From NCBI RefSeq assembly GCF_006345805.1, contig NC_043001.1, positions 41,168,001 through 41,232,000 of the forward strand: a stretch of DNA of 64,000 nt, read 5' to 3'. The notes under the pieces are model-generated. The model was not told the origin of the DNA. It saw nothing but the letters and a program-made list of their open reading frames with translations, and searched no databases. Below, in pieces: positions 14,401-27,800 of this stretch; the first letter of the stretch is position 1, and the number at the start of each line of letters is the position of its first letter. The position numbers and the translations under genes were made by a program. This DNA is from Octopus sinensis. Its lineage: Eukaryota.

Positions 14401-17400
14401 TGAAAAGTTTGCTCTGAAATTATTTACTAACAGCAGCCTTACATGTGTTTCAGTGAAGACTGGAATGCTGAATTACATAAATGTAATGAGTTGTTTTTGT
14501 TTGGTTTTCACTTTTTAAATTTTAAAATTAAGTGAAAACTTTCAAATATTGAAAGTATTTTTCATGCTGAATCTGACATTGTAATCCACTTCTTCCAGCA
14601 AAATTATAGTAAACTGTTACAGAGGTTTAAAGTTTGATTATTTTTACCCAATCAGTAAACAGGATTTGGAAGCTGGGTTTTTCTGCATCACAACTTTTAT
14701 TAAACAAAATGAAAGCAATATATTTGTAAGTAGTTTTGAAGTTTTAACAAGTCCAAATGAATAAAGTTATGTGCAATACTGGAACATGCAATATAAAAAG
14801 GAAAAATCTTGAATTATTTTTTTGAGAAAAATTATAGAAAAACAAACTGTATATTATATTATTGTAGTTCATTTCATAAACAATAACAGGAATTCAAAAG
14901 TGAAAGTTCGAGATACACTAAGGTTAGAGTTAGGGTTTAGGTTTGGCATTTAGAGTCAGTCCAGTCAGTGGATGACCAGGGATTATTCAATTGGCAACAT
15001 AATTTTAGTGAACATTCATCAAACTGGAACAAGTGAACAATAAAATCAGCTACAGCATGAAAAATTACATCAATATATCAAATTTGAAAAAGCAATTAAT
15101 ACTTTTTTGTACCAAAAATTCAAAAACAAAAGTTCAGAAATAAGGTACATAGTGGTAGTAGTAGTGTTAAACAGACAATTGCTTGGTTTGTTGCTATGGA
15201 AACAGGCATGAATGTGTCTGTAGCTCACAATTGGCCAAAATTACTAAAAATTTTCAAACTTTATAACTTTTTATTTATTAATTTATGCCAAAAATAAATT
15301 TCATTTCTATAATTAGCATACACTAAATTTGAAATCAATTGGAACAAAATTAAAGGAACTGAAAGTCAAACAGAAAAGATCCAACATAGCTAAGTAACTT
15401 ACAATCAATCTCAAAGACTAACTAATAAAAAGTATATTATACATACATACACCATCATAATTTCGATACCCACATTTCCTTGCTTGAATGGGTCAGATGG
15501 AATTTGTTGGGGAAGATTTTTCTATGGCTTCCAGTCACCAGCCCTCACCCCATGGCCAGAGGTTTTCTATGGCAGACTAGAAACAAACATCACTTGTATG
15601 ATGGTGATACTTCCATACCATGTGATGTCAAGGTAAGGATACATACATGCACAGGCATGTGACCACACACACACACACACACACACACAAAAACAAGCTT
15701 CTTTCAGTTTCTGCTTACCACATTCATTCACAAGGCTTTGGTTGGCCTAGGGCTATAGTAGAAGACACCCAAGGAGCTGCACAGAGAAACTGAGTCCAAG
15801 ATCATGTTGCTAAAAAGCAAGCTTTTTAACTACATGGCTGTGTGTGACATATGGTTATTGTTAATGAATATCATTTCCAATATCTGCAAAACATGTCTAG
15901 CCATGGAGAAATATTACCTTATTTGGAATCAAATAAGGGTTAGTGTTAGGGAGGGTACCTGTCCATAGAAAATCTGCTTTGATAATTTCCACCTGACTCA
16001 TGCAAGCAAGGAAAAGTGGATATGAAAACAAAATAGTTATAATCCAGAAGTGGGCAGTAGATGAAAACTGAAAGTAGAAATATTTAGCATATGTTTGTTT
16101 ATATGAATTTTTGTATTGGGTATCATGGGAAACAAGCTGACTGTTACAACACAGATGAAGTCCATTCTCATTCTTAGTTATAGTTAATTTAGCATGGGTG
16201 ATTGTTTAAAAATGATTTTATTTATGATTACTGCTTGTAAGATTAAGAATAAATTTTCTTCTCTTTAAAAGATATTTCTAACCCCCAATTTCTATTTGTT
16301 TTCAATTTCTACAGACAGACAATTTAAATTATCAGTATCCATTTTAGTGGTAAATTTGTTTGTATGATGTCTTAAACAAAGGAAGCACTATTATTGTATT
16401 TGAGTACTTTTATTGACAATGCTTACAATATATTGATGTAGTTATCTATTATCTCCTCCAGTTTCATTAAGAGTTAATAATCTTAGACATCATTGACAGA
16501 ATATGAACCATTAATGTGTTGATTAGTTGTTCAAACTGTCACTGACTTTGGTAATAAAACAAATATGTAAATTAGAAAGTCACTAAAGGTTGAGGTAATT
16601 GAAAGAAGGTTCCATTTCAAATGCATATATGGTACAAACCCTTATGCATACATACATCAACTCACACACTAAGTTAATAATAATAAATGCAAACAAATGA
16701 AAATAAAGTTAGTGAGAACATACCATTGTTGTTACACATCCATTTCCAAATTACAATTTCTTCGCTGTTATGAGCAAAAGTGCATTCAATGGTCGATGTT
16801 TTTGTACACTTGTTATTTTTCACATGATTACATATGACAAAGTTGTATTTTGAAGGAATTACAGAAGGTAAATGATTTATTATTCTCCTTTCATTAGTTT
16901 TGGTGGTATATATTGATCCATGAATCTTATCATGTTGACACTGAGAATGAGTTAACATCTTTCCAAAACTGTAACAAATTCTACAAAATTCATTCAACAT
17001 ATAAGGTGGTTTGGTTTTTGCTGCCTTGCAATAACTCACAAAATCTTCCATAGAAATACATTGATCACGTAAAACCATCCAGACATCTCTCTCAACCATA
17101 CTATGAGCATAAATGCAATTATCCTTTTTACATTTAAGTGTCTGACAAAGTTTATAATCTTTATTTTCGGAAGAATATGGTTTTCTAATAAGAGTAAAGG
17201 TAAACTCTAAAGTATGTTGTAAAATCTTTGAATTTTCCCAAAGATGTTGATAATTAGATTTACAATACAAAGTATTTTCTGAACTTTGACCAGCTATAGC
17301 ACCACTTTTGAAACAGTATTTGCAAATGAAATCAAACTGATTCCCATGTCGAGAAAAAACAAATCCAAAAGACACAGTTTTATCTTTTGAAATCAAAGAA

Positions 17401-20400
17401 CTTATAGAAAACTTTTTATCCTTTTCCAAATTCCAAAGAAGTTTCTCTACATTATTGTGTGCAAAATAACAGTCTGCTGGTCCCATAATACATGGCATGT
17501 CTTTGTTTCCGACTGATGTACACAACTGATAACTAGACTGTATATATTTCAGTCTATTTCTGACAACCAACCAGTTTGATGTTCCCTTTTTGGCAAAAGC
17601 AAGAATATCTTTGTCACACTTGTGTGATGAATCTGAATTTGGTTTTAAGAAACAATTTGAGCAAAAATATTTGTAATCATGAGAATGATATAGTGGGTGT
17701 GGGTATCTTTGGAAATCTGCTTCATAAACTGGTTCTAATGCAGGGTCAGTTCTATATGTAATGGGACTTTTTCGCTGGAAAGAATTCATTATTTCTTCAG
17801 TTGTTTTGGTTGCTTCAGAAGAATATTCCCCTTTGGCTGGAAATTCATGTTTATTAATGATTGATGTTGTATTTGTTGATGTAGTCAAACCAGGTAGAAA
17901 TTTGATTTTTTTTTTCTCTTCAAACAATTTAGTAGTACCTATAACATGAAAATCATAATTTCAAGTTACTCAAAATCTTTTAATCATATATACAAATATA
18001 TAATTAGAATGCATTGTTTGACATCAAATCATTTTATATTATTGAAAAAAGATGAACCTGGTATAAACTGCCTTGCTTTAGTCTATGAATAATTAAACTG
18101 AATACAAAAATATGACTTCATTATATTTTGGATAAATTGTTTTAAAATTATGCTGATAATTTTTAGTTAGCCAAAGAATATTAATTCAGAACTGTTGCAT
18201 CCAAGCAGTTCTGAAAGAAATTTGAGATGAACCTTAGCAAAATGTAGGAAACAAACAGAACTTTTACTTTTATGTCTTTTTCTTCAGAAAACCCACTTTT
18301 TACCCAAAATCCTGTTATGATTTACATAATTACTCTAAATAAATCGTTTTTATTATCAATAACCATTTCCCATATCTATTGCAGTGCTTGAAAGTCAAGA
18401 AAATTTATTTTCTTCTAAGAATGTTAGAAAACACCTGAAAAAGTTACATAATCTATGACCTTGTCTCTGATAAAATGTATCCTTAAAAAATATTTCAACA
18501 TCATCAATATTTACTGTTTGTTTTCCATGCTAGCATAATATTGGGTTGGTGCATAATTATTGCAGCATTTTTTTCAACAAATTTTATTCACAAAACAATA
18601 ACAATATTTAACAAAAACATCTTTAAATGATGGTCTGACCATTTGCCAAGCAAATGGGAAACAGTAATTGAAGTAGATGGTGAATATGCTCTGAAATAAT
18701 CATTTAAATATGTTTTTATTACGTGTTTTTGTTGGATAAAGTTTATTGAGAAAAAGCCACAATAATTATGCACCAACCCAATATAATATGAGAATATTTG
18801 CTGTCTATGGACATTTTTACTCATGCTAGCCACTGGTAAAATTTAATATTTAATTTTTACCCTATATTTAGATTTAGATATTTTAATTCTCAGAGTCAGA
18901 TGATTCACTGCTGAATGTTGATTCACTGTTGCTTTCCTCTGGTCTCTGGCACATTGTGGGATATTTGAACTGAATTCCTTGATATATAAAGATTGAACTC
19001 AAAGTTCAGTGTGTCCTGTCTGACATGGTATGTATCAAGTATTATAATTATATGTCCATAGCAATCCTTGCTAATGAGCCACAGATGGTTTAATGCATTG
19101 ATTCATTAGTTAGTGTATTTAATTGTTAAGAGCAAAACTTCGAAGTATGGGAATGACTAAACATTTTTGATTTCTCTCAAATTGTCTTGCCTGCCTACAT
19201 TCAAAGTGCTAAAATAAGAAGAGATTTTTTTTGCACTATGGAAACTATATCCTATTTTTAGCATGTTCGAAAGCTACATAGCAGCTTTTCCCGTCATGTA
19301 TAATTTTTACACACACATATAATATAACAATATATGCCATCTACGGACATTTTTACTCACACTGGCTACTGGTAAAATTAATATTTAATTATTACCCTAT
19401 ATTTAGATTTATATATATAGCTATATATATAAAATGGATATATATATATATATACATACACACACACACACAATATATCCCTACGTGGATATCCCCTCAC
19501 CACTATCCACATTGCCTTTGCCAGAGCACAATCCATGGACCGTGCATCTGCTCTCTCCCACCACACTCACCCTGCTGTCACCCGTCTCCCATTTCACCTC
19601 GACTACCATCCCTCCACCCTACCTCTCCAACATACCATTCTCTGAGCCCCTCCACACATCTTCCCCAACTGACCCCTATACTCCTTCAAATGAGCCCACA
19701 GCCTACGTGACCTCCTGGTTCACAGTTTCTTCCCTAACCCAACCGCCCAACTTGGCTCATTCCCCTGCTTCCTGCCCATGCTGCTGCACTTGCCCTTACC
19801 TTTCCAACACCACCATCCTCACTGGCACCCATCATCAACCCTATCATATCACTGACTCCTTCACCCGCATTTCTAGCAACATCATCTACTGCATCTACTG
19901 TTCTCTCTGTCCTTCTCTGTACATTGGTCAGACAGGACTCTGCTTGGCTGAACAGTTTACGGAACACCTCCGAGACATCATACTCGGCAACAACACCCCG
20001 GTCTCGTGCCATATCCACTCTACCCGTCATTCTTTACAACACCTGTCTGTATTTGGATTGTCCTTGCACAGGGGCCATCCAGACTCCTGTCTTCACCGTG
20101 AACAGGAATTAATCTTCTCTCTTCACTCCTTTGTGCCACATGGGCTCAACTCTCCTCCCTCTTCATCTAACCCCCTTCCTCTCTCCTCTCTTACTCTCAC
20201 ACCTTTCCTCCTTTCACTCCCACCCACCCACCTCTCCTCTCCTCTCTTGCTCAAACACATAATTCCTCTCTTCACTCCTATCCACCTTCATCGTCACCCC
20301 TCCATTGCTATTCCACCCTACACATTCTCATCCCACCATCCCTATACATACCATTCCACACCCATCCTCACACACCGACCCTCACCTAACGCACACTCCA

Positions 20401-20774
20401 CCCTTGCTTCCCACACGCACACGTCAAGGTCACCAGCTCCTATCCATACGCACATAAACGCTCTCACATACATATGCACATACACCTTCGTTTTGGGATC
20501 ACCAATACTATTTTTATCACCCCTTCTTCCTAGCTCTCTTGTCTAACCACCTCTGTCTGGCATTTGCCACACTGAAGCAAGCCACTAAACATTTTTTATT
20601 TTCTCTCTCTGCTTATTTCTGTGTTCCTTTGTGTTGAAGAGCGTAGGCTTGAAACGTAAAACACTTCTTCACTTCCTGAGCGTTAAACTAATACATTTAT
20701 TTATTGTTTACACATGAGTCTTCATCTTGTGTTTTTTTTTTTGGAAATTCCAGCTACATACACAATATATATAT

Positions 20775-20817
<43 letters not shown>

Positions 20818-20831
20818 CATATGTATCTATG

Positions 20832-20866
<35 letters not shown>

Positions 20867-21739
20867 CAATATATATATGTTAAACTATATACAACACACA
20901 CATATATATAAGTAATATATATATAGGGAGAATTAAAAAAAACGACAAAAGATGAAGACAGGTGGTGTAGAAAACAAACAAATGTATTAGTATAACGTTC
21001 AGGAACTGAAAAAGTCTTTAACGTTTCGAGCCTACACTTCCACAGAGAGGAACACAGAAAGAAAAAGGAGAGAAAAAATGTGTGTAGTGGCTAGTGATCT
21101 ATCATGGTGAATGCCAGACAGAAGGGTCACACAGGAGGGCTAAGAAGAAGGGGAGATAACAAAGTAGTAGTGATCCCAAAACAAAGGTGCGAATGTGTGT
21201 GTGAAAGAGGGCTGGTGATCTTGACCTGTGCGTGGCATCTCCAAACATCTCTCTTTGCAGCCTCATTTAGAGCAAGTGAACCATGCAGACACATTTCTCT
21301 CCTACCACATCATGATTCTCTCTCACACACTGTCTTGCAACACGAAATACCTCAAGTCTTTGGTCCACATGGCACAGAACATTGGTAAATTTTTCTTATC
21401 TGCTTCCCCTCTGGCTAAATAAACCTGTCTCCTAGCTACCCTTCTGGCAGTCTGATACAATTCCCTGCTACCACCGTTCTTCACGTCCTTCCAAGCCTGT
21501 TTTCTTTCTCTAATAGTCCTGTCAACAACATTGTTCCACTACCACATTATCTTGGGTCGAGAGGGGACTTTGCACCATCCACAGATCTGGTCAGAGGCTC
21601 TCAGCAGGTTGTCCTGTAGAAACCTCCAGTTGTCTTCTACATCGTGTGAAGCTATATCCCCTTCTATTTCGTCAAAGGCTTCGAGTAATATGTCTCTAAA
21701 TCTCTGTCCATCCGCAGGATCTTTAAGCTTCCAGACCTT

Positions 21740-21775
<36 letters not shown>

Positions 21776-21776
21776 A

Positions 21777-21811
<35 letters not shown>

Positions 21812-24800
21812 TACACATATATACATATACACATACACACACTCATATGATACTTTATGCCAAACAAATGAGAGAAGAGAGCCAAATACATGTGAAGATA
21901 TGGTTTGCTCTATAATGAATGCGAGTTATCAAAGCATCTGAGCAATATTGTGTAAAACATTCAATACCATCTAAAGAAGATCATGCAAAACAAAAAGCTT
22001 ATATTTCACAATAGATACTTCTATTTCTGAGTTTATCAAAATGCAAAATATTTTATCTAAGCTGTTTGAAAGACACTAATGTCAGTACATTCTGAATCAA
22101 TTTGAATGGTTTAGATTAAATAATGTAATTGAAATTCTATTGTATTATAAAGGGGATAACTGATTAAATGATGGCAAATGTATTAACTTAAGGTTTACTC
22201 TTGAGTAAGAGCTTGTAATCAGCTGACAAATAGCAAAGAGAAAATTAACTGAACTGGTAACTAGAAATGCTCTGACTGTTCATAAGAAAACATCCAGTTC
22301 TTGCATAAAGGCTCACCAAAACAACAAAACCTTGATTTATCAAAATACCAAACAAGTTGAACAAAACTATAGACAAAAATTTCTAGTATGCTATTTACTA
22401 GTATTTTTGGCCCACTGTTATTATCAGTAGTTCTTGCCTAACATCTACAACATCTATCAATAAAGATTATGATCATAGGCGCAGGAGTGGCTGTGTGGTA
22501 AGTAGCTTGCTTACCAACCACATGATTCCAGGTTCAGTCCCACTGCGTGGCACCTTGGTCAAGTGTCTTTTACTATAGCCTCGGGCCGTCCAAAGCCTTG
22601 AGAGTGCATTTGGTAGATGGAAACTGAAAAGAAGCCCGTCGTATATATGTATATATATATGTGTGTGTGTGTGTTAGTCTGTCTGTGTTTGTCCCCCCAA
22701 CATCGCTTGACAACTGATGCTAGTGTGTTTACGTCCCCGTAACTTAGCGGTTCAGCAAAAAGAGACCGACAGAATAAGTACAAGGCTTACAAAGAATAAG
22801 ACTTGAGGTTGATTTGCTCAACTAAAAGGTGGTGCTCCAGCATGGCCGCAGTCAAATGACTGAAACAAGTAAAAGAGTAAAAGAGATATCTTCTAATAGA
22901 GATTTAACAATCTAGCTACAATGAAGCAAATCATTTTCACCAAGGAATCTGCCATAACCAAGAAAATACATTCACTTAGTGACCTAATCTGATTTAGCAA
23001 GCTATAACTAACTTGGTGAAGCAGTACTTAGGAAGAGATCAAACTGATATATTAATCCATTTACATAAAATTATTTTTTAGTTTTATAACAGAACAAATC
23101 CAGTACATACCAATATTGTGTCTTCCCAAAACTGTGATAAATTCATCTGTATCAAATTCCTCATTCTGTTCCATAGTCCAAATACAAAGTTCAGCTTCCC
23201 CATGCGGAAAAGTACATGGTGTATTTAAACATGCTTTATTCTTCTTAAAATCATAACATACATTATAATTTAGATAGTTGTTTTTAATGCGAGTGGGTCG
23301 TCTTCTTATTTCTGTCCAAAACTGGTCTCCAATTTTCTTTATAACAAGCTTACTTTTGTTACAATCTATACATGGTTGTTTTAACTGGCATCCTTTTGGG
23401 CCTTCAGAAATCTTTCTAAAACAAGTTTCACATGCCAAAGAAAATATATGAGTATCCTTTAATGGAAAGTCTATATTAAATAATTCTCTGGCAAGGTTTG
23501 CTTCTTTCATTGTAGTCGTTTCGGCTTTTTTCTTCTTTTTTTTCGTTTTTTCCTTTTTTGGAGCAGCCAAACACTCAGTGGATTTGCTTATATTATCATA
23601 TTGTTGCTTTGGCTTTTGAAGACTGCCTATAAATATTCAAAACAAAATAAAAAGAAACTTTAAAGAAAATGATATAAGAATAATAAAAGAAAGAAGAAAA
23701 AAATCCATTTAGGATATTTATTCACAATTTATCAATACCATGATTTTTCATCTTTTGCCTTTCTTCTCTTCCACCCACATAAATTTATTTTGAATTCATT
23801 TCAGTTAATTCTTTTGAGGATTAATGCTTAGCTACTTTATGATCTTAAAGTTTTATTAATGATAGAAAATGGTGCATCAACCCAAAGGAGAAACCATTGC
23901 TAACAGTCAGCAATCTAGTAAATACAAGTACATACACAGAACTGAAGCACTTGAAGAATCAGATATGGTTGCACCTACTCGATTGAAAATCCACATGTGC
24001 ATGTGTGTGTGTGTACATATACATAAGTATAGGCATATATACATACACACACACATATATAGCTATGTAAGTGCTACAGAAAGCTGTTAGACTCCCAGTT
24101 CGATAATAGTACAAATGAGGAGTCTAATGCAGGTCATGTGAGTGTGTATATGTTAAATAAAATGAGACAACAAAGCCAAGGCAGTGTGAAATTTCTAGGA
24201 CATTTATAAGGAGAAATCTAGTCTTACAGCTGTTTCAGGTATATAAAAGATATCCCATCATCAGAGATGATATGAGTGAGTTAAATAGAAGGAAACAATA
24301 GAGTTCAATATAAGAAGTTATTTAGGGAAGGGAGATAATAAGTACAAAGGGAAGTATGAGGATAAAAAAGTATATGTTGGATGTTAAAGTTGCTAACCAC
24401 ACCTCATATTACAACCAGGCACTTGCTGCCAGCAGCTTCTCCCAACAAATAAAACACATCTCGACAAGACTTCCGCCTGTCCCCCTGCCAAACCACCCTT
24501 TAAAAAAAATTTTTTTCGACACATACCCCGCTTTTTGGCTATGGGGAATAGGAATCTGCAAAAAAAATTGGCAAAAATCGACATTTCTAAATTAACCCCC
24601 CACCCCACTTCCTTCATTTTTCACTCTTTTCAGAATTTATTGAAAATATGTGGAAAAATACGGAGATTATGATTTCTGAAAAAAATTTCCAAAAATCTTA
24701 GTAAAATTTTTTTTCCAGAATTTTTTTCTCTAAATATGCAGATAAATACGGACATCACGATTTGGACAAAAATTTCAAAACATTTCTTTACTTACGGTTA

Positions 24801-27800
24801 CGGTTTTAGGGTTAGGGTTAGGGTTTTAGGGTTGGTGATGGGGAAAAAAAATGAAAATTGAAGATGTTGGTGGGGAAAATTTCACAATGCTGATTTTTGG
24901 CAATTTTCTGGAACCTCCGTATCTGAAAACAGGGATTTTTGGCAAAAAAAAATTACACAAATAAACAAACTTGGGAGAAAATGGGGGGAGGGGCGGAAGT
25001 CTTTCCCACATCTCTAATACTAGGCTCAAGCAAAATATATCTCAAGTCATATCACCATGACATGCTAACCATCATAATGATAATGACTATACATGCACTA
25101 TGCTAGAACCCCAGGAGAACACAGATTAAGACAACTTAGACCCCACATGCACATATATAACACTAGGTTAAAAGCTAAAACTGCTAACAATAATGGCAAC
25201 TATAATCCACCTCTAAGTTCTAAAAATATAGATTATACTACCCCTAAGCAAACAAAAAAGCAGTGGCTGCTCTATTCTATTGTTATACATCTCCTAAGCT
25301 TAGCCAAATCCTTTCTATGGTATACAACTCCCAACTTAGTCAAATCCTTTCTATGATATATACCTCCCAAATTAACCAAATCTATTTTTAATATATTAGA
25401 CTCCAACTTCCCTGCTCAACATAACTATTACTCTATCTTTAACAGATTTATGTTAAAGCTATCCTACTCAGTTCAAATCACACGTGTCTCTAATGGGCTG
25501 GAGAATTTCTATTTTGGATGTATTTGTGGTACTTAGTTGTGCTCATGACTTAGTTTTTGCTTCTTCCATGGGTATGAGTAAGTATCTCATTTATTTCTTT
25601 GCCACATTTATCACTGACGAAGGGAGGGTTCTTACGAACTAACCCTGAAATCGGTCCGATATGGTAATAATGGAATATTTTAGAGATTTCTGTTGACCTT
25701 TTTGGAGTAGCGTGCGTATTGTGAAAAATTATAATGGTTATGGACGGTGTGTCTAATTTCGGCATATTTGGCATTAGATATTTTTTCATTTGCCCTCATT
25801 TATAAGTTATATATATATATATTTATATACATATATATATTTATATCAGGTCGCTTTTGCGTGCTACTGGTAACATATAATCCAGTACAACCAGCTGCAT
25901 GGTCGGGTCATCGGCGACTAAACTGACAACCCCACCAGGCTCGTTTGATGAAGAGTGTGTTGTCGGATACCCTGCAGGATGAAAAATAAGACCCAAAAAG
26001 GGTGGATGAACTCCTGAACAGTCAACAGCCATCCAACAAAATGTCTGTGGGATGGCATCATCGTAAAGCTAAAACAGCACGAAGAACAAAGAGAAAAGGA
26101 AAAGGGTCTCAGTACCCTGCACGTCAATCAAGCCACTCCATTATGACGGAGTGCAACCTGGGCGACAAGAGGCTGCTAAGAATCACAGGTTCCCGAGGGC
26201 CGTCATTGAACAGGACTAACCTTGACATATGCACCTACAACTGCAGTTCCTTTGCAGGGTGCAAGAACTGAACCACCTAATGGAGGAGAGGAAGAAGATC
26301 AGGTGCGACATGTTAGGGCTGTGCAAGAACCGCCAGAAGAAGGCAGCAAGTATACAATGGCAAGATGGATGCGCTGTGAGACTTGGGAGAGCAGAAGGTA
26401 CCAGATCGGTCAGAGGTATCTGATTCATCATAAGCAAGGAATGGGCTTCAAGGGTCACTTCTTGCCGGTTCATATCATCATGGAATGGTGTACAGAACAG
26501 GAACCTGTCAGGGAAGGCCACCCTCAAGATTGTCCAGACCTATACTCCCACAAGTGCCAGTGACAACAACGAGGTGGAAGAATTCTATTGACAGCTAGAC
26601 AAAGGGCTGGCTGTGAAGTCCACTTACATCGTCGTGATAGGAGACTTCAATGCAAAGGTTGGACATGGACAACAAGAGGAAGAGTACGTCAGGAGATTCA
26701 GCATAGGAGAGAGAAACGAGAGAGAAGAACGTTTGGTTACCATGGCAGAGGCGAGGTGGATCTACATCAGAAACAGCCTATTCAGGTAGAAAGAGAGGAA
26801 GAGATGGACCTGGGCATCGCAAACCTCTGAGCACTGAAACGAGATCGACTACATTCTGGTTGATAAGCGAAGCATATTACATGATGTCTTTGTCATGATG
26901 CCATTCAACACCGGCAGCGATCATCGTCTGGTGAGGGCGAGGGTTGTCATCGACAGGATGAGGTAGATGAAGGCGCTGCATTTGACGTCGAAGGGAAAAC
27001 GCGTCCGAGTCTTCAACGAGGTGAAGCTGCAGGAAGCCATCATGCGGGAAACCTGGTGCCAAGGAGATGGCATAGATGATGACTACAACTCACTGATAGG
27101 GAAACTGAAGGAGTGTTTAAGGAAGGCTAAGGGAGTGTGTTTGGGAGAGAAGGGAAGAGTCTTGGAGGAAACTACGAAGTTACTCAAGAAGAGGAAAAAT
27201 ATGAAGAGGACTATTGAAGATCACCTTGAATATTCCCTTCTCAGCAACTGAAGAGAGACTTTGAGGCATACAGGATGGAGAAGCTCCTGAAGGCTGCAGA
27301 GGAAAAGAAGAGCCTCAAGAAATGCAAGAGGGACATGGCACTATATAGATCGGAGGTGACAGTCCTGAAGAATACAGTTGGAGTACCGGTCAGCGATAAT
27401 AGTGAGATGGAAAAAGTTTGTGAAGACTTTTACACCAAGCTCTTCAAGTCTACCAGAAATGTCCAGCCATTCCAACAGGAAGAAAATGTGCCACCTATCC
27501 TTCTCAGTGAGGTCAAAAGAGCCATCAGCTGGATGAAAAACAGAAAGGCACCAGGGAAAGACGGTATAACATTGGAGGTGTTAAAGTCAGGTAGAGAGTG
27601 GCTCTGGAAAATCCCCACTGAGCGATTCACGCACTATCTAGACGAGGGAAGAATTCCCTCACAGTGGAAAGAGTCAAATACCATCCTGCTATATAAGAAG
27701 GGCGATAGAGAAGATCTAAAGAACTAGTGACCCACATGCCTGCTGTCTCACATGTACAAGCTGTTCACAAAGATAATTCTGAACAGGTTATCATGTCATC

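Noticed and set aside
14918-14947. TTAGGG-like repeats as a telomere remnant (also 24805-24832)
   Set aside because: Only a few degenerate units; the 24805 tract lies inside a defined MITE. No evidence of a chromosome end or fusion
19434-20546. 370-aa ORF as a domesticated GIY-YIG host gene
   Set aside because: It starts in a microsatellite, most of it is C-rich low-complexity sequence that lacks stops by composition, and it is followed by a typical Penelope terminal repeat
22478-22555. tRNA gene
   Set aside because: It is the tRNA-derived head of a SINE, continuous with SINE body and tail; no complete cloverleaf
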